Assembly (NCBI GenBank): GCA_039591075.1
Contig: JBDHEI010000003.1
Coordinates: forward strand, 26,716 to 90,715
DNA length: 64,000 bases
Source of the DNA: Gemmatimonadota bacterium
GTDB lineage: Bacteria > Gemmatimonadota > Gemmatimonadetes > Gemmatimonadales > GWC2-71-9
Direction of reading: 5' to 3'
The notes beneath the pieces are model-generated. The model did not search any database and was not told the origin of the DNA. It saw nothing but the letters and a program-made list of their open reading frames with translations. This document shows, in pieces, positions 37,190 to 46,116 of this stretch. The first letter of the stretch is position 1; each line of letters starts with the position of its first letter. The position numbers and the translations under genes are program-made.

Positions 37190-38434
37190 TCATTCGAACC
37201 TGAGGGCGACGATCGGATCGAGGCGTGCGGCGCGACGGGCGGGGTAGACCCCGAACAGGACGCCCACACCGATCCCAAGGCCGAGAGCCACGGCCACGGA
37301 CCACAGTGTGACGCGGCTCGGCAGTGGCGAGAGGATGGCCACGACTTCGGCCAGCCCCCAGCCGGTGAGTATCCCGAGCAGTCCGCCCATGGTTGCCAGG
37401 CAGATCGACTCCATGAGGAACTGCCGCTGGATATCGGCGCGGCTCGCCCCCACGGACTTGCGGATGCCGATCTCGCGGGTGCGTTCGGTTACGCTCATCA
37501 GCATGATGTTCATGATGACGATCCCGCCAACGATTACCCCAATCGCGACCACGGCGGGCACCACCGTGAAGATGATGCGCGTGAGGCTCTTCCAGAAACT
37601 GATCAGTCCCTCGGCGGTATCGATCGTGAACGTGTTTGGCTGGCCCGGCCGCAACCGCCGAGCGACCCGCATCGCCTCCTCCGCGCGTTCCATCGCGCTC
37701 GCCACCTGATAGGCCTCGGGCATCTTGACCGAGATCACGGTGGTGTGGCGTCGGCCGTACGTCGTCTCGAACAGCGTGATGGGGAGCATCACGAACCCAT
37801 CCCATGACTGTCCGAGCACGGTACCCTTTTTGGCCGTGACGCCCTTGACCACGACCTCCTGTCCCCGGACGCGGATCTTGCGACCGATGGCGAGGTCGAT
37901 CTCGTCGAACAACTTGTCGGCCACGTCGAACCCGAGTACGGCGACTCGGCGACGCTCGTCGATGTCGAGGTCGATGAGCGCCTCGCCGGCGGCCATCTCA
38001 TAATCCTGGACCATCTGATACGGCGCCGTCACGCCGAACACGGCCACGTCGCCGACGGTGCGGTTCCTCCAGGTCACGTCTGCCAGCGGCGTGGGCCAGC
38101 CGGACTGGAGCGCGATGGCCTGGGCGTCGGGAATTGCCCGCCGAACGAACTCGACCTCCTCGGCGCGGATGATCGGCCGGCGTTGCAGCTCGCGATATTC
38201 CTCGTCGTCGATGAATCCCACCGAAATCGGCGTGCGTCGAATCTGGAAGGCGTTCTTGCCCACGATGGCCCCGGCCAGGTTCTCCCGCACGTAGGCGTTC
38301 ATGCCTTGGATCACGGCCACGACGGCCACGAGAAAGGCGACTGAGACGATGATGCCGAGCAGGGTGAAGAACGATCGCAGCTTGTGCGCGGAGATCTCGC
38401 GCAGCGCGAGTCGAAGTCCGTCGAAGAGGGGCAT
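37190..38434 (-). CDS. ABC transporter permease, MacB/FtsX family (permease 3, type A)
   Basis: GMNAYVRENLAG...NAFQIRR and VGGIVIMNIMLMSVTERTREIGIRKSVGA are shared with permease 1. C-terminal RLDPIVALRFE. Confidence 0.85.
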   Translation of the reverse strand: MPLFDGLRLALREISAHKLRSFFTLLGIIVSVAFLVAVVAVIQGMNAYVRENLAGAIVGKNAFQIRRTPISVGFIDDEEYRELQRRPIIRAEEVEFVRRAIPDAQAIALQSGWPTPLADVTWRNRTVGDVAVFGVTAPYQMVQDYEMAAGEALIDLDIDERRRVAVLGFDVADKLFDEIDLAIGRKIRVRGQEVVVKGVTAKKGTVLGQSWDGFVMLPITLFETTYGRRHTTVISVKMPEAYQVASAMERAEEAMRVARRLRPGQPNTFTIDTAEGLISFWKSLTRIIFTVVPAVVAIGVIVGGIVIMNIMLMSVTERTREIGIRKSVGASRADIQRQFLMESICLATMGGLLGILTGWGLAEVVAILSPLPSRVTLWSVAVALGLGIGVGVLFGVYPARRAARLDPIVALRFE

Positions 38435-38538
38435 GATCCGGAAGCTACGACGGCCGGGCCGGCAAGCGAAGCATCCGGCGTCGGACGTTGGGGGAAGTGA
38501 GGCTCACGGACGGCTGGGCAGGACCACGTGACATGGCA

Positions 38539-39774
38539 CTACTCGTGCCGCAGCGCCTCCACCGGGTCCAGGCGCGCCGCCCGCGCCGCCGGGTACAGGC
38601 CGAACGCGATCCCGGTGAGCGCCGACATCCCGAGGGCCGCCACCACAGAGATCAGTGGCACCTTGGCCGGAAGCGGCGTGAAGGTGGCGACGCCGAGGCT
38701 GATGAGGCCGCCGACGAGCATACCGATGGCGCCCCCGATGACCGTCAGGGTTGCTGCCTCGACCAGGAACTGCCAGAGGATCTCGCGTCGCCGTGCGCCC
38801 AGCGCCTTCCGCACACCGATCTCTCGGGTCCGCTCGGTCACGGAGATCATCATGATCGCCACCACGCCGACGCCACCGACCATGAGACCAACACTGGAGA
38901 GCGCGATCATAACGAGGAAGAACATCCCGGTCACCTGGTTCCAGCTGTCCAACAGCTTGTCTTGCGTCACGATCGAGAACGTGTTCTCCTCTGCCGGACG
39001 CAGCCCGCGAGCGGCGCGCAGGGAGCCGGTGACGTCATCGATCGCATCTTGGACGCTGACCTCAGGCGACGGCGAAACCAGGAAGTTCATCCAGCCACGC
39101 CAGTAGGGTACGTGCTTCTCGAATGCGCTGTGGGGGATCACGACCTCCGGTCGGTTGCCCTCGCCGAAGATATCCGGTGGCGGGATGAACACGCCGACGA
39201 CTTGATACGGTACGCCGGCGATCTTGATGCGCTTGCCAATCGGGTCGAGCAGCCCGAAGAGCTCGGAGGCGAGTTTCTCGTTCACGACGGCGACCCGGGC
39301 GCTCGCCGCACTCTCCACCGTCGTAAAGGACCGGCCCGGGGAGATGTCCCCTCCGCCGACCTGCACCCACTGGGGACCGCGACCGCGAACGGGAATGGAC
39401 TCGAGCTGGCGGTTTCCGTACTCGACGTCCGCGGACGACCCCTCGTCGACGACGATGAACCCGATACTCTCGAGCTGACGAATCCGCTCGGCCTCGGCGA
39501 CGGTGAGCGGCGGGTTGCGACGCCAGGGGCTCATCTCGTCGGAGCCGTCGGAGACCTGAATACCCGCCTGGAAGTATCGGAACACGAAGAACGTCCGCGG
39601 GCCGAGCTGGTTGAAGATGTCTTCGACGCCCCGGTTGATCCCGGTGATCATCGAGCCGATGACCATCACTACCATGACACCGATGGCAACGCCGAGAATC
39701 GTGAGTGCCGCGCGCGCTTTGTTCGCTCGGAGCGAGCTCAGGGCAATCCCGACACCTTCAAACAGAGAGGTCAC
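38539..39774 (-). CDS. ABC transporter permease, MacB/FtsX family (permease 2, type B)
   Basis: ALTILGVAIGV... and REIGVRKALGARRREILWQFLVEAATLT. C-terminal RLDPVEALRHE. Confidence 0.85.
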   Translation of the reverse strand: MTSLFEGVGIALSSLRANKARAALTILGVAIGVMVVMVIGSMITGINRGVEDIFNQLGPRTFFVFRYFQAGIQVSDGSDEMSPWRRNPPLTVAEAERIRQLESIGFIVVDEGSSADVEYGNRQLESIPVRGRGPQWVQVGGGDISPGRSFTTVESAASARVAVVNEKLASELFGLLDPIGKRIKIAGVPYQVVGVFIPPPDIFGEGNRPEVVIPHSAFEKHVPYWRGWMNFLVSPSPEVSVQDAIDDVTGSLRAARGLRPAEENTFSIVTQDKLLDSWNQVTGMFFLVMIALSSVGLMVGGVGVVAIMMISVTERTREIGVRKALGARRREILWQFLVEAATLTVIGGAIGMLVGGLISLGVATFTPLPAKVPLISVVAALGMSALTGIAFGLYPAARAARLDPVEALRHE

Positions 39775-39777
39775 GGC

Positions 39778-41019
39778 CTACTCCTGACGGATGGCATCGA
39801 CGGGATCGAGTCGGGCGGCACGACTCGCGGGATACAATCCTGCGGTCACGCCGACCCCACCGCCGAGCAAGATGGCAACCACCACCGACCAGGGAGCGAC
39901 ACGCGCGGGCAGGAACGTGGTGGCCTGAACGATGCCTGCCAGACCGATGCCGGTCGCGATCCCGATCGCCGCACCGACGGTGGCCAGGGTGGCCGACTCG
40001 ACCAGAAACTGACGCATGATGTCCCGGCGCCGAGCACCGAGCGACTTGCGGATGCCGATCTCGCGCGTTCGCTCGGCCACCGCCATCAACATGATGTTCA
40101 TGATGACGATGCCGCCTACCACGAGGGAGATGCTCACCAATCCCGGCAACGCCATCATGAGAACGCGGTTGATCTTGCCCCAGAAGTCCAGCACCGCGTC
40201 AGCGGTCTCGATCGAGAAGTTGTTGCCATCGGAGGGCCGGAGGTGTCGTCGGCTCCGCATGATCGCTTCGGTCTCGGCGATGGCGACGTCGAGTTCCTCC
40301 AATGAGCCGGCCCGGACGAGAAGGGCGTCGACCACGCGTGCGGGGTTGACGATCCGTTTGATCGGTGAGAGTGCGGGTGCCACGGCGAACTTGTCGAGGG
40401 AAATCCCAAACAGGTTCCCCTGGGTCTCGACCACGCCGATCACCCGGTAGGGGATCCCGCGGATCCGGACTTCTCGCCCGATGGGATCGCGGGTCTCGAA
40501 CAGGCGCTCTGCGAGTTCGTGGCCGATGACCATCACGGGCTGCCCCGCCTGCGCCTCCTGAGGGCTGAAGGGGCGGCCGGCTTCCAGATCCCAGTTCTTG
40601 ATCTGGAAGTAGTCCTCGGTGGCGCCGACGACCTCGATGTCCTTGGCGATCTTGCCGTCGTGCGAGAGATCGGCGCGTGAGCTCGACTCCCATGCGGTGA
40701 CGACCGGTAGCGAGAGCCCTTCGACCACGGCACGGGCGTCTTCGAAGGAGATCCGCGGCCGACGCCGCCACTCACGGCGGGTTTCCCGCGAGACGTCCCC
40801 CATCTGTACGCCGGGATACCGGCGCAGCTGGAACGTATTGACGCCCAGCAGCGTTGTCGCGAACCGGTCGGTCATGTAGGCGTTCATGCCCTCCACGATC
40901 GAGACGACCGCGATGAGGAACGTCACCCCGATGAACACACCGATCACCGAGAAGCTGCTCTTCATCTTCTGGGCCCAGATGACCTGGAGCGCCAGCCGAA
41001 TCGCCTCACGAAACGGCAT
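39778..41019 (-). CDS. ABC transporter permease, MacB/FtsX family (permease 1, type A)
   Basis: GMNAYMTDRFATTLLGVNTFQLRR and VGGIVIMNIMLMAVAERTREIGIRKSLGA. C-terminal RLDPVDAIRQE. Confidence 0.85.
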   Translation of the reverse strand: MPFREAIRLALQVIWAQKMKSSFSVIGVFIGVTFLIAVVSIVEGMNAYMTDRFATTLLGVNTFQLRRYPGVQMGDVSRETRREWRRRPRISFEDARAVVEGLSLPVVTAWESSSRADLSHDGKIAKDIEVVGATEDYFQIKNWDLEAGRPFSPQEAQAGQPVMVIGHELAERLFETRDPIGREVRIRGIPYRVIGVVETQGNLFGISLDKFAVAPALSPIKRIVNPARVVDALLVRAGSLEELDVAIAETEAIMRSRRHLRPSDGNNFSIETADAVLDFWGKINRVLMMALPGLVSISLVVGGIVIMNIMLMAVAERTREIGIRKSLGARRRDIMRQFLVESATLATVGAAIGIATGIGLAGIVQATTFLPARVAPWSVVVAILLGGGVGVTAGLYPASRAARLDPVDAIRQE

Positions 41020-41022
41020 GGT

Positions 41023-41721
41023 CTAGGCGGCCTCGCGCACCGAGTCGGAATGCACCACGCCGTCCAGCAGCGTGACCACGCGATGGGCGTGTGCCGCGAT
41101 GTCGGCTTCGTGGGTCACCATCAGGACGGTCTGACCCTGCGTGTGCAGCTCTCCAAACACCGCCATGATTTCCTGGCTGGTCACCGAATCGAGGTTGCCC
41201 GTGGGCTCGTCGGCGAGGAGGATGCTGGGATCGTTGACCAGGGCCCGAGCGATGGCCACGCGCTGACGTTGACCACCGGACAGCTCGTTGGGGCGGTGGT
41301 GCATGCGGTCGGCCAGTCCGACGCGCTCCAAGGCCCGGCTCGCCACCCTGCGCCGCTCTCTGGCACTCGTTCCGGCGTAAATGAGGGGCAACTCCACGTT
41401 GTGAAGAGCCGTCGCCCGGGGCAGCAGGTTGAACGTTTGGAAGACGAAACCGATCTCCCGGTTCCGGACACGGGCCAGCTCGTCGTCGCTCATCCTCGAG
41501 ACTTCGGTCCCGTTCAGCCAGTACTCACCCCGTGTGGGCGTGTCGAGGCAGCCGATGACGTTCATGAGGGTGGATTTCCCCGATCCGGAAGGTCCCATGA
41601 TCGCCACGTACTCGTTCGTCTCGATCGCGAGCTCGATGCCACGCAACGCGTAGACGGTCTCGGCATCCATCCGGTACTCGCGCGTCAGCCCGCGCAAGCT
41701 GATCAATGGCTGCCCAGCCAT
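41023..41721 (-). CDS. ABC transporter ATP-binding protein (MacB/LolD-type NBD)
   Basis: Walker [11 protein letters not shown]-loop, signature [15 protein letters not shown], Walker [14 protein letters not shown]-loop VTHE. Confidence 0.93.
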   Translation of the reverse strand: MAGQPLISLRGLTREYRMDAETVYALRGIELAIETNEYVAIMGPSGSGKSTLMNVIGCLDTPTRGEYWLNGTEVSRMSDDELARVRNREIGFVFQTFNLLPRATALHNVELPLIYAGTSARERRRVASRALERVGLADRMHHRPNELSGGQRQRVAIARALVNDPSILLADEPTGNLDSVTSQEIMAVFGELHTQGQTVLMVTHEADIAAHAHRVVTLLDGVVHSDSVREAA

Positions 41722-42971
41722 CAGGGCCTCTCAGTCGTGGTTTCCTTGACCGGCCGCAGCCGGGTACTGTCGCGGAGATCGCGAATCGTCTGGTACGGCC
41801 CCGCCACGATCGAGTCGCCTTCAACCAGCCCATCGATCACCTCGAAGTACTCCTCACCAGCAATGCCGACCTTGACCGGCCGGAACTGGGCGATCCCCCC
41901 GACAGCCACGAAGACGCCCTCCGTCTCTTTCTTGCCCTTCGTCGTATCCTGGGGGGCCGTTTCGGTCGATATCGCCTCATGCTCACGCACCGTGAGTGCG
42001 ATGATGGGGATGCTCAGCACGCTGTCCCGCGTGGCCGTGATGATCTTGGCCGTCGCGGACAAATCGGGCCGGATCTCGGACGGGGGGTTATCCAGGGTGA
42101 CTTCGACGTCGTAGTCGACGGCCTGGTTCGTCGCCCCCGCCTGCGCCGCCACGCCCTGGACCGCACTCTTGGAGATCTTGGTCACCCGACCGATGAACGT
42201 CGTGTCCGGGAACGCATCGATCGTGACCTCGGCCGAATCGGCCAGGTGCAGCCGAACGACGTCGGTCTCGTCCACCCGCACCGCCACCTGAATGATGCTC
42301 AGGTCGGAGATCGTCATGAGCAGCCCGGTCTCCGGGGAAAAGGTTCCGGGAACGGCCACCTCACCCTCTTCCTTCGCGAGCCGGGTGACCTCGCCGTCCA
42401 TCGGTGCTCGCAGCACCGTTTTGGCGAGCAGCTCCTGCGCGTTCTGCAGCGCCGCCCGCGACTGCGCGACCTGGTACTGGGCCGACGTGTAGACGGCTTC
42501 GGCGACCTCGAACGACGTCTGCGACTGCTCGAGTTGCTCGTCGGAGACGAGGTTCGGGCTCTGCCGGCGCAATTCCTGGGCGCGGTCCCAAGCCCGTTTG
42601 GCCTGGTCGCGGTTGGCTCGGGACTGGAGCGCCGAGGCTTCGGCGGAAGACAGCAAGGCACGCGCCTGCGCCACCTGGGCCTCGTACTGCGACGGTTCGA
42701 TGCGCAGCACGAGATCGCCCCGCTTCACGAAGTCGCCTTCCTGCACCAGGATCTGAATGATGCGGCCCGTGATGTCGGCGCTGATGTCCACCGAGCGCTG
42801 CGGCTCGATCTGTCCGCTCGCGGTCACGGTGGCTACCAGGTTGCGCCGCTCCACCGCCGCAATGCGGACCGACTCCCCGCGGTCCCGCCGACCGGCAGCG
42901 TTCAGGGCGATGAGGGCCGCGACGGCTACCGCGCCGCCGCCAAAGATCAAGAGTTTCTTACGACGTGACAT
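41721..42971 (-). CDS. efflux transporter periplasmic adaptor subunit (MacA/HlyD family)
   Basis: N-terminal anchor [19 protein letters not shown], a coiled-coil hairpin ([17 protein letters not shown]...[15 protein letters not shown]), and lipoyl/beta-barrel segments. Start at Met 42971. Confidence 0.85.
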   Translation of the reverse strand: MSRRKKLLIFGGGAVAVAALIALNAAGRRDRGESVRIAAVERRNLVATVTASGQIEPQRSVDISADITGRIIQILVQEGDFVKRGDLVLRIEPSQYEAQVAQARALLSSAEASALQSRANRDQAKRAWDRAQELRRQSPNLVSDEQLEQSQTSFEVAEAVYTSAQYQVAQSRAALQNAQELLAKTVLRAPMDGEVTRLAKEEGEVAVPGTFSPETGLLMTISDLSIIQVAVRVDETDVVRLHLADSAEVTIDAFPDTTFIGRVTKISKSAVQGVAAQAGATNQAVDYDVEVTLDNPPSEIRPDLSATAKIITATRDSVLSIPIIALTVREHEAISTETAPQDTTKGKKETEGVFVAVGGIAQFRPVKVGIAGEEYFEVIDGLVEGDSIVAGPYQTIRDLRDSTRLRPVKETTTERP

Positions 42972-42985
42972 GTCGAATCCATTCT

Positions 42986-44503
42986 CTAGCGCAAGGGCCG
43001 TCCCACGGCGTTCTCGAGGGTTGCAATCGACCAATGGTATGTGTAGACGGCATTAATGTAGTCGGCCTCGGCACGCTGCGAGGCGAGCTGCGCGTCGAGG
43101 AGCTCAAAGAAGGTCCCGGAGCCGACCCGGTAGCGCTCCGTGGCCAGCCGCAGCTGCTCGGCGGCCGCCACGCGGTTGTTCTCCTGGATGCCGAACGCTT
43201 CGAAGGCGGCTACCAAGGCGTAGTGCGCCTGGCTGACATCGGTCCTGACCTGGAGCTCCTTGGAGCGCACGGCCTCCCGCGCGTCGTCGGCGAAGGCCGA
43301 TGCCTCGGCGATTTCCAGCGGCCGCCCGAACTGGGTGAAGATCGGCAGCGATACCGTGAGGCTCGCCGAGAAGGGCTGCCGCGTGAAATCGAACGGGAAC
43401 ACCTCGTTCTGCTGTAGGATGCCGTCTCGAATGGCGTCTTCCGCCGCCGGTGTGAGGGCAAAGACCGAGCAATCGATGGGCGTCAAGCCCGGGTTGAGCC
43501 AGTTGGTGTTGGCGAAGTCGCATTGCTGCACGATGTCATTCGCGTCGGCCTGAGCGTTCGCCAGGGCCGAGTTCACCAGCGGATCGGTATTGGTGAACTG
43601 CTGCGTGAACCCGCTCCACCCTGCCGACAGTGACATCGTCGGCAACCACGTCGACTTGGCTGCCCGCGCCCCGGCCCGAGCGGCGGTGGCCTGCGCCTGC
43701 AAGGCCAAGAGGTCCGGATTCGCCGCCTCGGCCTCGCCGAGCAGGTCGCTGAGCAACCATTCGGGTGGCACGATCGGGAACGTGTCGGGGAGGGTGACGA
43801 GGGTCGGATCCTGGGGGGCCGGCACCCCCATCAGCTGGAACAGCCGTAGCACCTCGACCACCACGGCCTGCCGCGCCTGAAGCTGCTGCACCTCAGACTG
43901 CCCCTTCGCCACTTCGGCCTGCCGCACGTCCAGGATCGTGTTCTGGCCGACCTGGAACCGGGCCTGGGCAAGGCGCAGGAACTCGTCGTTTCGCGTGACC
44001 TGTAGCTCGGCGAGGTCGACCTGTGCCTCGGCCTGCAACACCGCGAGGTACTGCTGCCGGACGCCTGATTCCAAGTTGATCTCCGCCCCAGACAAGGTGG
44101 CCTCGGCCGCGCGGTGCCGCGCACTGGCCACGCCGGGCTGCATGAGCGTGCGTCCCGACAGCTGCATCGACAGGCTGACGCCGTAGCTCGAGCCGATTGT
44201 CGATGACTGCTGCACGAACTCCTGGGCGAGGAACGTCTGCGAACCGGCGCCGCGATAGGCCAATGATCCGTTGACCGACAGGCTCGGAACGAACGACGCG
44301 TAGGCATTCCGCACTCCCCAGCGGGTGGCCGTGAGGTCGTTCTCCGTCTGGCGGAGCAGCGGATTGTGCTCCTGGGCCGTCGCGATCGCCTCGGCCAGGG
44401 TCAGCGTCTGAGGGGTCGAGGGAACGGGCTCCTGTTGCGCCCACACGGCACTCGAAAGACCCAGCCCGAGCGCCGCGAGCAAAAGCGTAGCTCCACGTCT
44501 CAT
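42986..44503 (-). CDS. TolC family outer membrane efflux protein
   Basis: Signal peptide ...SSAVWAQQ. Two OEP repeats with the typical NPDLLALQAQ / YRVGSGTFFELLDAQ patterns. Confidence 0.85.
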   Translation of the reverse strand: MRRGATLLLAALGLGLSSAVWAQQEPVPSTPQTLTLAEAIATAQEHNPLLRQTENDLTATRWGVRNAYASFVPSLSVNGSLAYRGAGSQTFLAQEFVQQSSTIGSSYGVSLSMQLSGRTLMQPGVASARHRAAEATLSGAEINLESGVRQQYLAVLQAEAQVDLAELQVTRNDEFLRLAQARFQVGQNTILDVRQAEVAKGQSEVQQLQARQAVVVEVLRLFQLMGVPAPQDPTLVTLPDTFPIVPPEWLLSDLLGEAEAANPDLLALQAQATAARAGARAAKSTWLPTMSLSAGWSGFTQQFTNTDPLVNSALANAQADANDIVQQCDFANTNWLNPGLTPIDCSVFALTPAAEDAIRDGILQQNEVFPFDFTRQPFSASLTVSLPIFTQFGRPLEIAEASAFADDAREAVRSKELQVRTDVSQAHYALVAAFEAFGIQENNRVAAAEQLRLATERYRVGSGTFFELLDAQLASQRAEADYINAVYTYHWSIATLENAVGRPLR

Positions 44504-44644
44504 TGCGTCTGCCTTCGGTTTATGGTCGTAACCCTACCGCGCTCCCGTACGCCCGCATCACCCAAAAGTTTCAATCCGAGACAGCGCGACGACATGGTTC
44601 GGGACGGCCTATGCAGGAGGGGTAGGTGGCGGTGCAGCCCTAGC

Positions 44645-45358
44645 CTACCGGCGGGCCTGGACGCGAATCACCGTGAGGTTGCGGGTTGGGATCACGAGCT
44701 TCATGAGCCGACCGTCATCGTCGTACCAAAGCTGACGAGTTTCCGCCGACGAGCTGACTGTCACGTGGTGCAGGACCAGCCGGGCCGATCCGACGGTGGT
44801 CGGCTCCGTGCCGTGATCCACGACGCGCAGGGTCTCGCCCCGCACCCCGCTCAGGGTGATGCTCCGTGTCGCTCGCGCGGCCGCGCCGGGCGGAATGGCA
44901 TGGGCGGCGAACACGGAATCGTCCATCACGAGGTGCCGTTCCCGGGCCGGGTATTCCCTGGCGGACTCCCCAGCGCGGGTCAGCGTCCGGACCGTAATCC
45001 GCCGCGCCCCCAGCCCCATGACCACGCGGACCACCTCGCCGTTCCCGACCTCGTACCGCGACATCGTGGGAACCGAGTCGGCACCGAACTCGACGATCGC
45101 GTCGACCGAGGTCTCCGGTCGATCGGCGGGGTAGAGCACCGTGCTGGTGACCGTGAAACCACTCAGGCCGGGAGCGCCCGAACTTCCCCGAAGCAGCACG
45201 AATTCCTCCCGCCCGATCGTCGTCGCGTCGCGAGTGATGAGCAGCACGCCCCGATCCAGCTCGCGCTGTTGGGCGGACAGCTCGGCGGGCGCAGCAACGG
45301 CGGCGGCGATCACGAGGAGCGTCGCAAAGGTCGATGAGTCCGAGAGCGGCTTGGTCAT
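44645..45358 (-). CDS. hypothetical secreted protein
   Basis: Start at Met 45358 (MTKPLSDSSTFATLLVIAAAVAAPAELSAQQ, a signal peptide) overlapping the upstream stop (ATGA). The ORF extension to 45769 overlaps the creatininase gene. Confidence 0.45.
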   Translation of the reverse strand: MTKPLSDSSTFATLLVIAAAVAAPAELSAQQRELDRGVLLITRDATTIGREEFVLLRGSSGAPGLSGFTVTSTVLYPADRPETSVDAIVEFGADSVPTMSRYEVGNGEVVRVVMGLGARRITVRTLTRAGESAREYPARERHLVMDDSVFAAHAIPPGAAARATRSITLSGVRGETLRVVDHGTEPTTVGSARLVLHHVTVSSSAETRQLWYDDDGRLMKLVIPTRNLTVIRVQARR

Positions 45359-46089
45359 GTGGTTCGAAAGATACGCGAAGCGACCCGCTCGTAAATGAGG
45401 TGATAGAGACGCTCCCCTTTCTCGACCGATGCGAGCGAGGGTCGGCCCAGCGATCCCGGGCTCCGCGCGGGAATCGAACTGCGTCCACCGCGCTGATAGC
45501 GGCGGGCCACGGCGGGCGTTGCGTCGAAGTCCTGGGCCTGGGCGAGCTTCACTAACGCCGGGTCGACGTAGAGGAGCAGCGAGGTGTCGATTTCCCCTCC
45601 GTGCACGACGCGCCAGGTATCGGACCCCTCTTCGGGCAGTGGCACCGAAAAAATGTCGACGGTGCGGGCCCGAGCCTCGCGCAGGCTCAGGGTACTCAAT
45701 GCCTCCTGATGCGGATCCGGTCCGTGTGCGGTCAGAATGATGAATTCCCGCACTCCTCCAGTTTCCCACGAAACCACGAGATCGTTGATCAAGCGGTGCA
45801 GGGTCTTGAAGTGGAGCGACCCGCTGCCCGGAAAGGGACGCGCGGTATCGGCGTTGACACCATATTCTATGGTCGGTGCGCGCAGCACGCCGAACTCGGC
45901 TGAAAGGTCATCGGCGAGCCGCTCGACGATGATCGTATCGCACCCCAGTGGGAGGTGCGGGCCGTGCTGTTCCGTCGTGCCGACCGGCAGGATGAGTCGG
46001 GGGTCGCGGTCTAGATGCGTACGAACCTCTTCGGGGGTGAGGTGCTTGAGAAGAATGGGGCGTCGGTGAGCGCCAGTCGATTCGCTCAT
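45355..46089 (-). CDS. creatininase (creatinine amidohydrolase) family protein
   Basis: LILPVGTTEQHGPHLPLGCDTII is the family metal-binding signature. Also ILTAHGPD and HGGEIDTS. Start at Met 46089. Confidence 0.8.
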   Translation of the reverse strand: MSESTGAHRRPILLKHLTPEEVRTHLDRDPRLILPVGTTEQHGPHLPLGCDTIIVERLADDLSAEFGVLRAPTIEYGVNADTARPFPGSGSLHFKTLHRLINDLVVSWETGGVREFIILTAHGPDPHQEALSTLSLREARARTVDIFSVPLPEEGSDTWRVVHGGEIDTSLLLYVDPALVKLAQAQDFDATPAVARRYQRGGRSSIPARSPGSLGRPSLASVEKGERLYHLIYERVASRIFRTT

Positions 46090-46116
46090 TGGGAACTCGC
46101 GGTCGCCGCGGAGGCC

